Notes: a model not told the origin generated them from the letters alone. 63,884 nt of DNA, filler included, from 8 parts of 8 records of this genome joined end to end with filler, not necessarily neighbours in it; one strand, 5' to 3'. Numbered from the whole stretch's first letter, positions 11,297-22,027 are shown. Numbers and translations are program-made.

Positions 11297-11396
11297 NNNN
11301 NNNNNNNNNNNNNNNNNNNNNNNNNNNNNNNNNNNNNNNNTTAATTAATTAANNNNNNNNNNNNNNNNNNNNNNNNNNNNNNNNNNNNNNNNNNNN
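11297..11396. other. Artificial contig spacer
   Basis: N44-TTAATTAATTAA-N44 (stops in all frames); repeated at 19085-19184, 24323-24422, 33429-33528, 40651-40750, 51547-51646, 58507-58606. Confidence 0.99.
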
Positions 11397-11437
11397 TACT
11401 TTAGCTGAACTAACTACCTAATCATTAAAATTAATTA

Positions 11438-12250
11438 TTAACCGAGTGCGACATCCAATGTCATCATAACAGCGAATCCTAACATGGCTCCAACGGTGGC
11501 TGTATCGGTATTTTTTTCCAATTGAGATTCCGGGATGAGCTCTTCCACCACAACAAAAATCATGGCACCGGCAGCGAACGCAAGGGCATAAGGCAGGATG
11601 GGTCGCATCAAAATAACTGCGGCCGCACCAATGACGCCGGCAATAGGTTCGACTATACCGGATAATTGTCCATAATAAAAACTTTTCATGCGTGATACGC
11701 CTTCCCTGCGTAATGGTACGGAAACGGCTGTACCTTCCGGAAAGTTTTGAATGCCAATACCTAAGGCCAATGCCAGAGCGCCGGCCAGTGAAGCAGAAGG
11801 CAGATCAGCGCTTACTGCTCCAAAAGCAACGCCAACTGCCAGACCTTCAGGGAAATTGTGCAGAGTTATAGCTAAAACCAATAATATGCTTCTGCGCCAG
11901 GATGTATGAATTCCTTCTGCTTCCTCTGTTGGAAAGCCCATATGAAGGTGTGGCAAGATTTTGTCAATGATCCAGAGAAAGAATCCACCGAGTAAAAAGC
12001 CGATCGTGGCCGGCATCCAGGACGGACCAGGCATATCCTCAGCCATTTCAATAGCAGGTGCCAATAAAGACCAAAAGCTGGCCGCAATCATGACACCGGC
12101 CGCGAATCCGAGCATACCGTCTAAGACTTTTCTTTTTATAGTTTTAAAAAGAAACACAACAGAGGCACCTGCTGCGGTTAGAAACCAGGTAAAGCAGGTT
12201 GCTAACAAGGCCTGGTAAATGGGATTCAAATTCACAAACCATTCAATCAT
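11438..12250 (-). CDS. ZIP family divalent metal transporter (ZupT/GufA-like)
   Basis: [45 protein letters not shown]. Confidence 0.95.
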   Translation of the reverse strand: MIEWFVNLNPIYQALLATCFTWFLTAAGASVVFLFKTIKRKVLDGMLGFAAGVMIAASFWSLLAPAIEMAEDMPGPSWMPATIGFLLGGFFLWIIDKILPHLHMGFPTEEAEGIHTSWRRSILLVLAITLHNFPEGLAVGVAFGAVSADLPSASLAGALALALGIGIQNFPEGTAVSVPLRREGVSRMKSFYYGQLSGIVEPIAGVIGAAAVILMRPILPYALAFAAGAMIFVVVEELIPESQLEKNTDTATVGAMLGFAVMMTLDVALG

Positions 12251-12336
12251 TGTCTTTTTTCCCTTTTATTTATGAATGTTCCGGATAAACATAACAGGTC
12301 AATGTTCATTTCGTTTTTTAATATCTGTAAATTGAA

Positions 12337-12573
12337 TTAAACCTCTAGATTCGCTCCACGTTTTTTAACAATTTCTTGGATATCCAGGGGATTCAATTCG
12401 AGTGGTAAACAGTTGCCTTTTACACACATTGCTGCCGCAATACCGGCTGCCTGGCCTATCATCGAACTGGATGTGGATACACGAGTAGAAGAGAGAGCTA
12501 ACTGGTCGGCAGAAAAACATCGTCCTGCCTGCAGTCCTGAACCAAATCTGGCTAAAAAATTTCTGCGTGATAT
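12337..12573 (-). pseudogene. Internally deleted Tat-exported FAD-dependent oxidoreductase remnant
   Basis: One open frame reads ISRRNFLARFGSGLQ-AGRCFSADQLALSSTRVSTSSSMIGQAAGIAAAM...GANLEV*; no ATG, only ATA 8 nt after AAGAGGA. Confidence 0.7.
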
Positions 12574-12663
12574 AAATATAGTCCTCTTATCTCTAAAACT
12601 TTTGGTATTCGAATTAATGGTACCAGCTATTAACTTTTATGGTGAAAGCATGTTATGTTCAGA

Positions 12664-13839
12664 TTATAACTTTTCCAATGCACCAAGAGGATTTGTTACA
12701 CTGGCCACATAATTGTTTAATTGAGCATAATCTATATTGATGCATTCATGTGCACCGTGTTGTTGATAGTCGTCCACCACATCATTGAGAATTCGTGTGC
12801 TCAATTCAGGAAAGGATTCGGAAAAAGCATAAGCCAGCCAGCCTGAGGCTGTACCCCAGTAAGCGCCATTTTGATACGTGCCGGGTTTGATAGGAATGAG
12901 TGTTTTTTGCCAAAAATCCGGTTCGATCAGGTGTCGAACCTGGCCCCGCATCACGATTTTATCGTAATTCTTCGCAAGATAATCCACTATGTGAGCTTTT
13001 TTGTCCCCTAACGGAAAATGAATGTATATGGCAAAAGCATTTCCCCAGATATCCACCTGGCGACACTGCTGTGTTGCAGCCAGATACATATTTTTCTCCT
13101 GATCCCATAGTTTATCCAGGTTTTTTTCAATTAATTGTGCTCTGTTTTGAAAGTTTTGTGCTAAATCCTGTTCACCGATTTTTTCAAAAAGGTCAACCAG
13201 TTCCGTGCACGCGTGCCAGTAGAGAAGGGACGAAAAAAGCAATTCACCTGTCTTGGCAATGGTATCTGTAAAGCCATAGGGTGAATGCGGATGTTGCGGA
13301 TCGATGTACACTAATCCTGCAGAGCTGCGGGGAGTATAATCCATAGCCGCAACGAGACTGGCAACGTTTTCTTTAAAAAATGCCACATCGCCTGTTTTGT
13401 TTACATATGTAGAAACAAGTAGTACAAAAAATTGCGAATTATCTGTCGGCGGATCCCCAAGGGGATTGTTTACCGGGCCGGCACTGTATACAGCCAGGCC
13501 GTCTTCCTGTACACGATCCGGAATGCAGCCATCATCACGTTGTCCATTGAGCAAATAGAGTATGGCTTTTTTTATATGCTCTTTTGGCATTAATTCAAAG
13601 GCATTTCCTGCCATATAATAAAAATCTCGCGTCCATAAAGCGGCATAATTGCCTTCTCCATCCGGGGTATACAGAACAGTGCCATCATGCCCGGTACGCT
13701 GGCAACCCTGGAGCTGACGCGCAGCTTCCTGCTTTAGCCAGGTTACTTTATCCTGTGATAAGAACGTGTGTTGATCTGTACGTTGACAAAATAAGGAGAA
13801 AACGAAAAAGAGAACCAGTATCACGAGTAGTGGACGCAT
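12664..13839 (-). CDS. Secreted six-hairpin (alpha/alpha)6 glycosidase-like protein
   Basis: Signal peptide; YAALWTRDFYY, YGFTDT, YQNGAYW motifs. Confidence 0.7.
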   Translation of the reverse strand: MRPLLVILVLFFVFSLFCQRTDQHTFLSQDKVTWLKQEAARQLQGCQRTGHDGTVLYTPDGEGNYAALWTRDFYYMAGNAFELMPKEHIKKAILYLLNGQRDDGCIPDRVQEDGLAVYSAGPVNNPLGDPPTDNSQFFVLLVSTYVNKTGDVAFFKENVASLVAAMDYTPRSSAGLVYIDPQHPHSPYGFTDTIAKTGELLFSSLLYWHACTELVDLFEKIGEQDLAQNFQNRAQLIEKNLDKLWDQEKNMYLAATQQCRQVDIWGNAFAIYIHFPLGDKKAHIVDYLAKNYDKIVMRGQVRHLIEPDFWQKTLIPIKPGTYQNGAYWGTASGWLAYAFSESFPELSTRILNDVVDDYQQHGAHECINIDYAQLNNYVASVTNPLGALEKL

Positions 13840-13907
13840 AGGGATGACCTTTTTAAAAATTAACGATAGTAAAATGACTCACGGATTAGCGCACATTAAA
13901 ATTCCTG

Positions 13908-13936
13908 TTAAAGAGAATGGCCATCATTCTCTTTAA
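13908..13936. terminator. Intergenic hairpin
   Basis: TTAAAGAGAATG-GCCAT-CATTCTCTTTAA, perfect 12-bp stem. Confidence 0.5.
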
Positions 13937-13965
13937 AATAATCTACTCAATTGCCAAACAGATAT

Positions 13966-15510
13966 TTATTTGGAAATGATCTTTTTATTCACATTTTTAA
14001 AATCATTACCGATAAAGATCACCTGATCTTTATTCTCATCCAGAACCTCGAGGAAAGTATGTGTACCGGCAGGCGGCATACAACCACGGACTATGGCTTC
14101 CCTGACATTGTTAAAACGGATTACAGATCCGGCGCCTTTTGCCTGCTGTGCTTCAAAAGAATCCAGGTCCAGTCTGTAAACATCGTTGCATACAAGCGCG
14201 TGTCGATAATCAGGATTATCATAGGTCAGCTTGACATCCTGTATTTTTAATCCCTCTACATGTCGGCAATAAAAACCATACGCCGGAAGGACACCAAACA
14301 TTTTTGCTTCCGGGTATTTGGCAATGTGTTCCGGTACCTCGGTAGTGGTTTGTTCAGTTGTGCCGCCGCCTTTGTACGTAATACGAATATTGTCCAGGAT
14401 AACATCCTGGATCTTGAAACCGGGAATTCCGGCAATAGGACACGCCTGTTCAGCACCTGTTGCAACAATGTTACTTATAATTACATTTTTTAGACTGCCT
14501 GGTACAGGTGTATCCATGTCGCGGCCGCGGTTGCCGAGACGCATAAAAATAGGGGAACTGACATTTATCATGGAGATATTGGATATGGTGACCCCGTCAA
14601 TATTGGCACCATCAACAGATTCGAGAGCAATACCGGATATAGGTGGGCGTCCGGTGGATCTATTGTACATCACGCAGTTACTGACGGTGATATATTTAAA
14701 ATCACCGCCGGATTCGGTTCCCAATTTAAAAGCATTACAATTGGTTGCCAGATCACAGTTTGTCACGGTTAAGTTTTCAACCGCGCGTCGATAACCAAGG
14801 GAAAAACTGGCTTTGGGTACGATAGCATCATCCCATGTTTCGATCTTGCAATTGGAAATGGATACATGTTTACACCCATCAGGATCAATACCGTCGCAGT
14901 ATCCATTCAAAATGGAAACGCCATCAATATTTACATAGTCCGTACCCAGCATGCTGATGGCATAATTAGGAGCATTCAATATAGTGATATCCCGGATTGT
15001 GACATACTTGCAGCGTTTGAGAGCAATGGGTTTGGGCCCGCCTCTTTTTGTGCGGTTTCCGTTTATAATGCCGGTTCCGAGTATGGCTACACGTTCAATA
15101 TCTTCTCCCCAGATAAGGGCATGGTGAAAGAAACTTGTCTCCTTGTCAGAATCAGTTTTAAAGTCCAGATTTTCATAGGGGTCAAAATCATCGTTGTCTG
15201 TGCTGGCTGCAATTGTTGCTCCATGCTCGATATAGAGTGCAATATGGCTTTTTAAATGCAAACTGCCGGTAAGATAAGTACCCGGTGGAAAATAAACTGT
15301 TCCCCCTCCATTACTAAAGCAGGTATCAATCGCTTTTTGTACAGCTTTTGTATCTTTGCTGGAACCATCTGCTATAGCTCCAAACTCAAGCACATTGTAA
15401 TAGCCTTGTTTGGCCGTCGAATTGCTGGCATGAACGGCTGAAAGGAAAAACAGGGCATAGAATATGGGTAACAAGAACTCAAATCGTTTTGTAACAGTAT
15501 GTAACTTCAT
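13966..15510 (-). CDS. GH28 family glycoside hydrolase (pectin-lyase fold)
   Basis: FGAIADG, VYFPPGTYL, DGIDPD, WDDAI, FKLGTES; GGAGG RBS before ATG at 15510. Confidence 0.9.
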   Translation of the reverse strand: MKLHTVTKRFEFLLPIFYALFFLSAVHASNSTAKQGYYNVLEFGAIADGSSKDTKAVQKAIDTCFSNGGGTVYFPPGTYLTGSLHLKSHIALYIEHGATIAASTDNDDFDPYENLDFKTDSDKETSFFHHALIWGEDIERVAILGTGIINGNRTKRGGPKPIALKRCKYVTIRDITILNAPNYAISMLGTDYVNIDGVSILNGYCDGIDPDGCKHVSISNCKIETWDDAIVPKASFSLGYRRAVENLTVTNCDLATNCNAFKLGTESGGDFKYITVSNCVMYNRSTGRPPISGIALESVDGANIDGVTISNISMINVSSPIFMRLGNRGRDMDTPVPGSLKNVIISNIVATGAEQACPIAGIPGFKIQDVILDNIRITYKGGGTTEQTTTEVPEHIAKYPEAKMFGVLPAYGFYCRHVEGLKIQDVKLTYDNPDYRHALVCNDVYRLDLDSFEAQQAKGAGSVIRFNNVREAIVRGCMPPAGTHTFLEVLDENKDQVIFIGNDFKNVNKKIISK

Positions 15511-15895
15511 AATATCCTCCAATGCAAAACAACAGGGGAATCGAGCAGTTTATGCTATCCAGGATTCTATGGTGATTATTTTATGCGTTACGTCTACCTG
15601 TTTACGACTTTTAAACCAGGGATGTAGATAAGATGGTTATAAATATTAATCTGGATTTGATAATTCAACCGGAGAATAGAAATTGATGATTCGCTTCCAA
15701 TAACAATATTATAAATTAACTTTGTCTAAAAGCTTTCGCTTTAAATGAATATCTTTTATTTAGATGCAAAGGTCAAGAAAAATTTGATTAAAAATGAGCA
15801 AGTTTTAAACATAACTTTCAATGAAATAAACAATTAAACAGATCCTGTTTTTCTTTAAATTTGTTCTTTTGGAACAGAAAAGGGCACCTTTATGA

Positions 15896-18800
15896 TTAAT
15901 TTTCAAAACCGTATCTCAAGTACTGACGTTTGTCAGGTGGTAAGCCGGATATCATTATCTGTTTTAATTTCGGCAATAAAATGACTGCAGCTTCAGTGTA
16001 AAGGTCATCCTGACCGGTTTGACAAAGTGATCCTTTGTGTTTTGTTTCCGCCATGAGGCTCAAGAGAGCATTCAATGGATCCTCAAACGATTTTTTCGCT
16101 ACCCAAGCATCAAATCGATCTTTCCGATTTTTGCTATTTACGGCCATTGCAGCGGATTTATCGTAATTGTAAGCTCTCATTTCTTCACTTTCATATATAT
16201 TGACAGCGAGAACGTTATTCTTTTTCACTTGGCGTACACCCTGCGCTGTGCCTGATTTTTCAATAACCACCGCATTGCCGTTGGCATCAGCCAATCCCAT
16301 AATAAGTCCTTTGCCGGCAAATTCGATTTTGGTAAAGAAATCGACAGTCTGTTTGACTGTTTGTGCTTTAAATAGCATTGGATAAGCACCAAAATGTTGC
16401 GGGATCCCATGGCCCGATTGCTTCGGATGAGAATGACCGGAATTACAGCCAAAAACAAGTCCTGAACGAGTCAATGCCGATTCCACCCAGACAGTTCCAA
16501 TCCAGCCTATAACATAAAAGTCTGCATCTTTATATCGGACACGGCGTAATAGCATTTCTTTTCGTTGTTGCGCATCAATGTCTGATGTCTTGCCCATGAA
16601 AATTTGATTATCTTTTCCGCGCAGGAAAATAGTGGAACACTGGGCTGGCTTTGCAATCCGGCCAATAGCATTAAAAGAATTAAGCCAAAATATGTCATCA
16701 AGAGACAAGCCAGCTCCATCTGCTATACCCTGCATTTCCTGGATAATATCAGGGAACTGTTCGGAAACATAGTTGAACATTCTTTTTTTCATGGTTAAAT
16801 ACCAATCGGATGGATTTGGTTGATATCCATAACACCATTTTTTTACAGATTCCCGGATTTTCTGTCGAAAAGCCTGTCCATGTTTTAGGCCACGCTCATA
16901 AGGATTGCCGGGATTATCCAGAAAAGGAATCGTAATCTCGGAATAATTTTTATCCGGATGGACTGTTGCCGCCATGTGCTGTCCCATCTGAGTCAGAAAA
17001 TCTGCCTCAGCAGGCTCGAACATGATCTCATTCAGAAAGGTTACGGACGGCTCAAAGCCCGATGTTGTTAATAGAGCCATATGTTCCTCTTTTGCAGTAT
17101 GCCAGGCACCAAGTATTGTGGGGATTTCTGATGAGAATTTCAAAATAGCTTCTTTACTGGAGGTTTCCCTTTTCAATTGATTACCCTGGTGCATAGCTAA
17201 GGCGAGACGAGCTTTGGCCTGAATGGATTGACTTGAAAGTTGTAATAAATTCAGTTGCCCTTTACCACGAGTACATTTGAGAACTAAATTGCTGAGCGAT
17301 TTATCTGCCTGTTTTGACAAATATAAGGCTTTGTTTAAATCCTGCAATACTTTGGGTTCATTATCTGGTTTTGTATATCGCTGCCATTTTTCCTGGAACC
17401 GGAGTCCGGATAAATCAAATCGATTAAGACGATCAGGCATATGTTTCTGAACCGGTTCAGCATAGGGAAGCCACAAGCTGAGAGTTTCATACACATCACA
17501 GATTGAGGGATCATCCAGTCCATAGGCAACTTTTGCATACCGCCGTTTAAAGTTTTGTCTGTTGTTTTTTATATCCCAGGCCAGGTCCGCCGCATATAGG
17601 AATCCATAGTCCGTATTTTCATGCGGGCTTCCTTTCATCCAGTTTGTTGTGATGATCTCTTTACAACCATCAGTAAACAATCGTTTTGTAAGTGATTCAA
17701 TACCGCGCAAAGTTTCATGATAATACACCGACAACTCTGTACCAGAGGAACCGAACCGAACGCCACTTGCCCCAATTACTCGGAATCCTTTATCCATAAA
17801 CTCCTTTGCCACATAGGGCCGTGGCCAGGTGGGCAGATCGTAATTCCAGTAGACAATCGTAACGTAGCTGGGAATCAGTGACAAGGCTTCAGGGTGATGT
17901 TCCAGCATATCCGACCATATCATGGGTGTAAGGCCGCGTTCATGAATACGACGAGCAATTTCGGTAATAAAATCGACATATAGCCGGGATACGCCCAAAT
18001 TTTCGATTTTTTCCCTGCACCGTGGACAACGTCCCAGTAAACGACTTTCATCACCACCCATGTGCCAATATTTTAGATCCGGAAACACCCGCAGATATTC
18101 ATCAACGAATTCCATATACATGTCAGCCACGTTTGAGTTTGTCGGGCAGTACTGCTGGATGTGATCAGGGAGTTCCCTGTATGAGGCGTACTCGTCGTGG
18201 ACCAGGACATTATAGGCATGGCCAAGACATTGAACGAGCGGGATGATCTCCATTTGGTGCGTCTGAAGTCGATTGCGCAATGCGACGACCTGTGAATCTG
18301 TGAATGCAATTTTACAAGAGAGCACAGAGTGTTTTTTATAGGGAAACATGGATTCAAGTTCAAGCAACACTGCGTTTTGTTTCACAGATGCAAGCCGGTC
18401 TACTTGTTTTATTAACGAATCGAAATTGGGACAATTATAAGCCATATTTTCACGAACAAGATGATAACAGAGATGAGAAGCACGGAGTGTCATGTCAGGC
18501 CAATCTGCAATATGACATTTCGGAATAGGTCCATCCAATGCCAATTGCGCCAGAGTTCGCAAGCCCATGAGCATGCCCTTGACGGTGTTTGCCGTTACCG
18601 TAATGAGGCTTTCCTGTACCTGCAATTGATAAGCTTCCGGCGAAGTGACTTTGACCTGCGGATTCTGCCAAATCAGGGCTAAACCTTTTTCAGGAGGAGT
18701 AGGGGATGGATAAGCGGTCAGCTGAAGTCTTTTTCCCAGGGCCAATCGAATGGATTTTTCATCCAGACCATTATTAGGAAGAATATTGAAATGGATTTTC

Positions 18801-18958
18801 CCAACACTATTAAAATATCCCTCATAAATGTTGTACTGCTTTGGAGATGGAACAAGTGCTTTCCTGATCTCTTTTTCATTTGGAACAAAACTGCTCCACA
18901 TAAGGCAGAATGAAATAAGGATTCCTGAAAGAAGGTAAATTTTGATAGTGTGTTTCAT
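15896..18958 (-). CDS. Fusion of a GH20-like beta-N-acetylhexosaminidase and a C-terminal peptidase C45 (Ntn-hydrolase) domain
   Basis: PEAYQL, IADWPD, IPLVQCLGH, WHMGGDE, WSDML; then GNPYERGLKHG, EMQGIADGA, QCST, KTSD. Confidence 0.8.
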   Translation of the reverse strand: MKHTIKIYLLSGILISFCLMWSSFVPNEKEIRKALVPSPKQYNIYEGYFNSVGKIHFNILPNNGLDEKSIRLALGKRLQLTAYPSPTPPEKGLALIWQNPQVKVTSPEAYQLQVQESLITVTANTVKGMLMGLRTLAQLALDGPIPKCHIADWPDMTLRASHLCYHLVRENMAYNCPNFDSLIKQVDRLASVKQNAVLLELESMFPYKKHSVLSCKIAFTDSQVVALRNRLQTHQMEIIPLVQCLGHAYNVLVHDEYASYRELPDHIQQYCPTNSNVADMYMEFVDEYLRVFPDLKYWHMGGDESRLLGRCPRCREKIENLGVSRLYVDFITEIARRIHERGLTPMIWSDMLEHHPEALSLIPSYVTIVYWNYDLPTWPRPYVAKEFMDKGFRVIGASGVRFGSSGTELSVYYHETLRGIESLTKRLFTDGCKEIITTNWMKGSPHENTDYGFLYAADLAWDIKNNRQNFKRRYAKVAYGLDDPSICDVYETLSLWLPYAEPVQKHMPDRLNRFDLSGLRFQEKWQRYTKPDNEPKVLQDLNKALYLSKQADKSLSNLVLKCTRGKGQLNLLQLSSQSIQAKARLALAMHQGNQLKRETSSKEAILKFSSEIPTILGAWHTAKEEHMALLTTSGFEPSVTFLNEIMFEPAEADFLTQMGQHMAATVHPDKNYSEITIPFLDNPGNPYERGLKHGQAFRQKIRESVKKWCYGYQPNPSDWYLTMKKRMFNYVSEQFPDIIQEMQGIADGAGLSLDDIFWLNSFNAIGRIAKPAQCSTIFLRGKDNQIFMGKTSDIDAQQRKEMLLRRVRYKDADFYVIGWIGTVWVESALTRSGLVFGCNSGHSHPKQSGHGIPQHFGAYPMLFKAQTVKQTVDFFTKIEFAGKGLIMGLADANGNAVVIEKSGTAQGVRQVKKNNVLAVNIYESEEMRAYNYDKSAAMAVNSKNRKDRFDAWVAKKSFEDPLNALLSLMAETKHKGSLCQTGQDDLYTEAAVILLPKLKQIMISGLPPDKRQYLRYGFEN

Positions 18959-19054
18959 TTTATTTAACCTTTATTGTTTTTCCAGCTCTTTTTTAATTAT
19001 GGAAATCAGTGTTGTAAAGTGAAAAACAATCCTTATCTTTTGGACAATTGAGGG

Positions 19055-19084
19055 TGGAATTGCAATAAAAAAATGGACACAAAG
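19055..19084 (+). mobile_element. Possible IS3-family terminal inverted repeat at contig end
   Basis: TGGAATTGCAATAAAAAAATGGACAC resembles the TG...AAAA.TGGACA ends of IS3 elements; contig breaks 4 nt later. Confidence 0.45.
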
Positions 19085-19184
19085 NNNNNNNNNNNNNNNN
19101 NNNNNNNNNNNNNNNNNNNNNNNNNNNNTTAATTAATTAANNNNNNNNNNNNNNNNNNNNNNNNNNNNNNNNNNNNNNNNNNNN

Positions 19185-19384
19185 AAACCATCCTGCTGTA
19201 TACACCATCCACGTACAGCGTATCGGATGTTCTCGGTTCCTACGTCTATCGAATCGGGTTGACCGGTTCCAGCCAATTGGAGATGGCGACCGCCGCCGGT
19301 TTGTTCGAAGCCATCGTCGGTTTTTCGCTGGTTATCCTGGCGAACTCCATCGCAAGACGCCACAGCGAAACTTCGTTGTGGTAG
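19185..19384 (+). CDS. Carbohydrate ABC transporter permease 1 (LplB-like), C-terminal fragment
   Basis: LLYTPSTYSVSDVLGSYVYRIGL...ATAAGLFEAIVGFSLVILANSIARR...SLW*. Confidence 0.85.
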
Positions 19385-19400
19385 GGGACAGGAGCTGAAG

Positions 19401-20315
19401 ATGGCTGGAAGCAACAGAAGAAACAGCGTTGGCATTCAACGATCAAGGGCCGATATCATAACCGACTGGATCATCAACCTGGTCATGTTCGTCCTTATCG
19501 TTGTCGCCGTATACCCGTTGATCTACGTCCTTTCGGTTTCGCTGAGCAGTGGTCTGGCTGTAGACCGGGGCGAGGTGTTTCTATTCCCGGTTGATTTCAC
19601 GCTAGAATCCTACCGCTACCTTTTCAAAGACGGATCGTTCGTCATGGCCTTCATCAACAGCGTGTTTTATATGTTCACCGGTACGGTGTACAACATGGTG
19701 ATTTCGGTCATGGCCGCCTTCGTGTTGGCGAGGAAAGAGTTCGTTCTGACCAAGCCCGTCACCCTCATGGTCATCTTCACGTTATGGCTCAGTGCGGGAA
19801 CCATCCCGGAATACATGAATTTCCGTAATCTCAATATGTTGGATTCCAGGATCGGCATGATCGTGGGTTTTGGGATTTCCGCATACAACATCATTCTCAT
19901 CAGAAACTACTTTGAAGGCTTGCCGGCCGAAATAATGGATGCGGCGAAGATAGACGGAGCCTCGGAGTGGCAGGTTCTGACAAGGATCTGCATTCCTCTA
20001 TCGAAACCCATACTGGCCACCATATCCCTGTTCTACGCTCTGTACAGATGGAATACATGGTTCTGGTTCTCATTGTTGATCAAGACAGAATCCAAGGTTC
20101 CTCTGCAGGTTGTGTTGAGAATGATGCTGATAAGGTCCGCCGAAAATCCGGATTCAACGGCCAATGACATCGTTGAAATCGTCCAGGGGGGTGCCAGTTA
20201 TACCACCATACAGTATGCCGTCATGCTTTTCTCCATCGTCCCTGTCATCCTGGTATATCCCTACGTACAGAAGCACTTTACGAAAGGTCTCATTCTCGGC
20301 GGAGTCAAAGGCTGA
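19401..20315 (+). CDS. Carbohydrate ABC transporter permease 2 (LplC-like)
   Basis: EAA-like loop EIMDAAKIDGASE; YPYVQKHFTKGLILGGVKG. Confidence 0.93.
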   Translation: MAGSNRRNSVGIQRSRADIITDWIINLVMFVLIVVAVYPLIYVLSVSLSSGLAVDRGEVFLFPVDFTLESYRYLFKDGSFVMAFINSVFYMFTGTVYNMVISVMAAFVLARKEFVLTKPVTLMVIFTLWLSAGTIPEYMNFRNLNMLDSRIGMIVGFGISAYNIILIRNYFEGLPAEIMDAAKIDGASEWQVLTRICIPLSKPILATISLFYALYRWNTWFWFSLLIKTESKVPLQVVLRMMLIRSAENPDSTANDIVEIVQGGASYTTIQYAVMLFSIVPVILVYPYVQKHFTKGLILGGVKG

Positions 20316-20366
20316 TCCCGCCGTGTCGATTCGGTAATAAAAACCCTTAGAAAGGAGAGGTTTGTT

Positions 20367-22001
20367 ATGAAAAGACTTTGTACAATGTTTTTAGCTGTGA
20401 TCATGGTGCTGACGATGGTGGCATGTCAGGGCGACGATTCCGCTGGATCATCCGGTGATTCTGCGTCTGCAGGCAGCGAGAGCTACGATGGCACCTGGGG
20501 ATCTACCCTCGTGGATGAACCCACGGTCATCAAGATCTTTGCACGTCAGGACAAGGATTTTGTTGTCGATCCCGATATGCCGTTCTTCAAGAAATTCTCC
20601 GAAATGACCGGCATTGTCATCGAAGGGACAGCCAACCCGAATGTCGAGACCATCACTGATATGAACGTTCATGCCACCGATGGTTTCCCTTCGGATATCA
20701 TCAGTGTCGGGAACATCGGAAGCGAGCTGGAACGGTATGCCGCAGAAGGCGCATTCGCTGACCTGAATGAATACCTGGACTACATGCCGAACCTCAGAGC
20801 TTTTCTTGAAACCGATCTCGGCAAGCAGGCCTATGAAGCCTCCGTTACCGAAAAGGGTGAGCTATTCCTTGTCCCCGCCGTGGAGAGATTCAAACCGACC
20901 CATATCCCCATGATCCGCAAGGACTGGCTCGACAAACTCGGTCTTGAAATCCCGCAGACGACAGAAGAACTGTACGATGCCCTGAAAGCTTTTAAGGATA
21001 ATGATCTCGGTGATGGACTGACCATTCCCTTCCTCGCCAAGACATGGGTTCTCAAGCAGAATTCACCTGTCCTGTTCGGCGCAAGAATCGAAACCCGACC
21101 GACAGCCAGAATGGTCAATGACCTAGACGGTAACTTCACACATGGATGGACCTCCGACGAGTTCAGGAACTATCTCGTGAATCTGTCCAAATGGTACGAT
21201 GAAGGCATCCTGGCACAAGATGTTTTCACTGCGGACAATCCCTTGGGCGAGCACTTCCCGACAGATCAGGGCGGCTTTACCTACTACAGCGCCAGTAAGC
21301 TCGGCTACAACGATCAGCCGGATATGCCCGAGGGATTCGAACTGGTTCCGATGCTTCCGACCGAATATGACGGCAAGCGAATGGATCAGAGGGCGACCCA
21401 CTATCTGAGAAAGGGACGTATCGGTATATCCAACGCTTCGGAGAATAAGGTTCTCGCCGCCCAGGTTCTCGACTATCTCCTGTCACAGGAAGGCGCCCTG
21501 GCGCAGAAGTACGGATTTGAAGGCGTTCAATACGAACTCGATCAGGAAGTTGACGGTCTCAAGGTGTACCGCTATACGCCCGAATGGACCGACACTGTCA
21601 TGAACGAGTTCAACGGCGACTACAACCTGGCTCTTCTCGAACAGGGTTATCTCAACATCGGCGTCAGTGAAGACGCGTTCTATGACCAGGTGAGGGTCAT
21701 TAAACAGGGTGAAGAGTTCGGCAACTCCATTCTCGATCAAGTGGACAAGATGTACCTTGAAGCGTTCGCAGATGGCACCGTTGAGTTCATCCCAGCTATC
21801 AGCATGAACTTCAGTCCTGAAGAAACCGCCGAGATCAGCAGCATCAAGGCCGCCCTCAAGACCTACCAGGATGAGTTCTTCGAACTGGCGATAACCAGTG
21901 ACTACACCACGCTCGATGACGCATGGTGGGATAAATACATGGCGACCAGCAAAGAGCTTCAGATCGATCGTCTTGTAGAGATTTACAACAACGCGAAGTA
22001 G
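20367..22001 (+). CDS. Carbohydrate ABC transporter solute-binding lipoprotein (LplA-like)
   Basis: Lipobox VAC; IRKDWLDKLGLEIPQTTEELYDALKAFK; AAAGGAG RBS. Confidence 0.92.
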   Translation: MKRLCTMFLAVIMVLTMVACQGDDSAGSSGDSASAGSESYDGTWGSTLVDEPTVIKIFARQDKDFVVDPDMPFFKKFSEMTGIVIEGTANPNVETITDMNVHATDGFPSDIISVGNIGSELERYAAEGAFADLNEYLDYMPNLRAFLETDLGKQAYEASVTEKGELFLVPAVERFKPTHIPMIRKDWLDKLGLEIPQTTEELYDALKAFKDNDLGDGLTIPFLAKTWVLKQNSPVLFGARIETRPTARMVNDLDGNFTHGWTSDEFRNYLVNLSKWYDEGILAQDVFTADNPLGEHFPTDQGGFTYYSASKLGYNDQPDMPEGFELVPMLPTEYDGKRMDQRATHYLRKGRIGISNASENKVLAAQVLDYLLSQEGALAQKYGFEGVQYELDQEVDGLKVYRYTPEWTDTVMNEFNGDYNLALLEQGYLNIGVSEDAFYDQVRVIKQGEEFGNSILDQVDKMYLEAFADGTVEFIPAISMNFSPEETAEISSIKAALKTYQDEFFELAITSDYTTLDDAWWDKYMATSKELQIDRLVEIYNNAK

Positions 22002-22027
22002 TCCGTCGCGAGTCTGAAGAGATCCAT

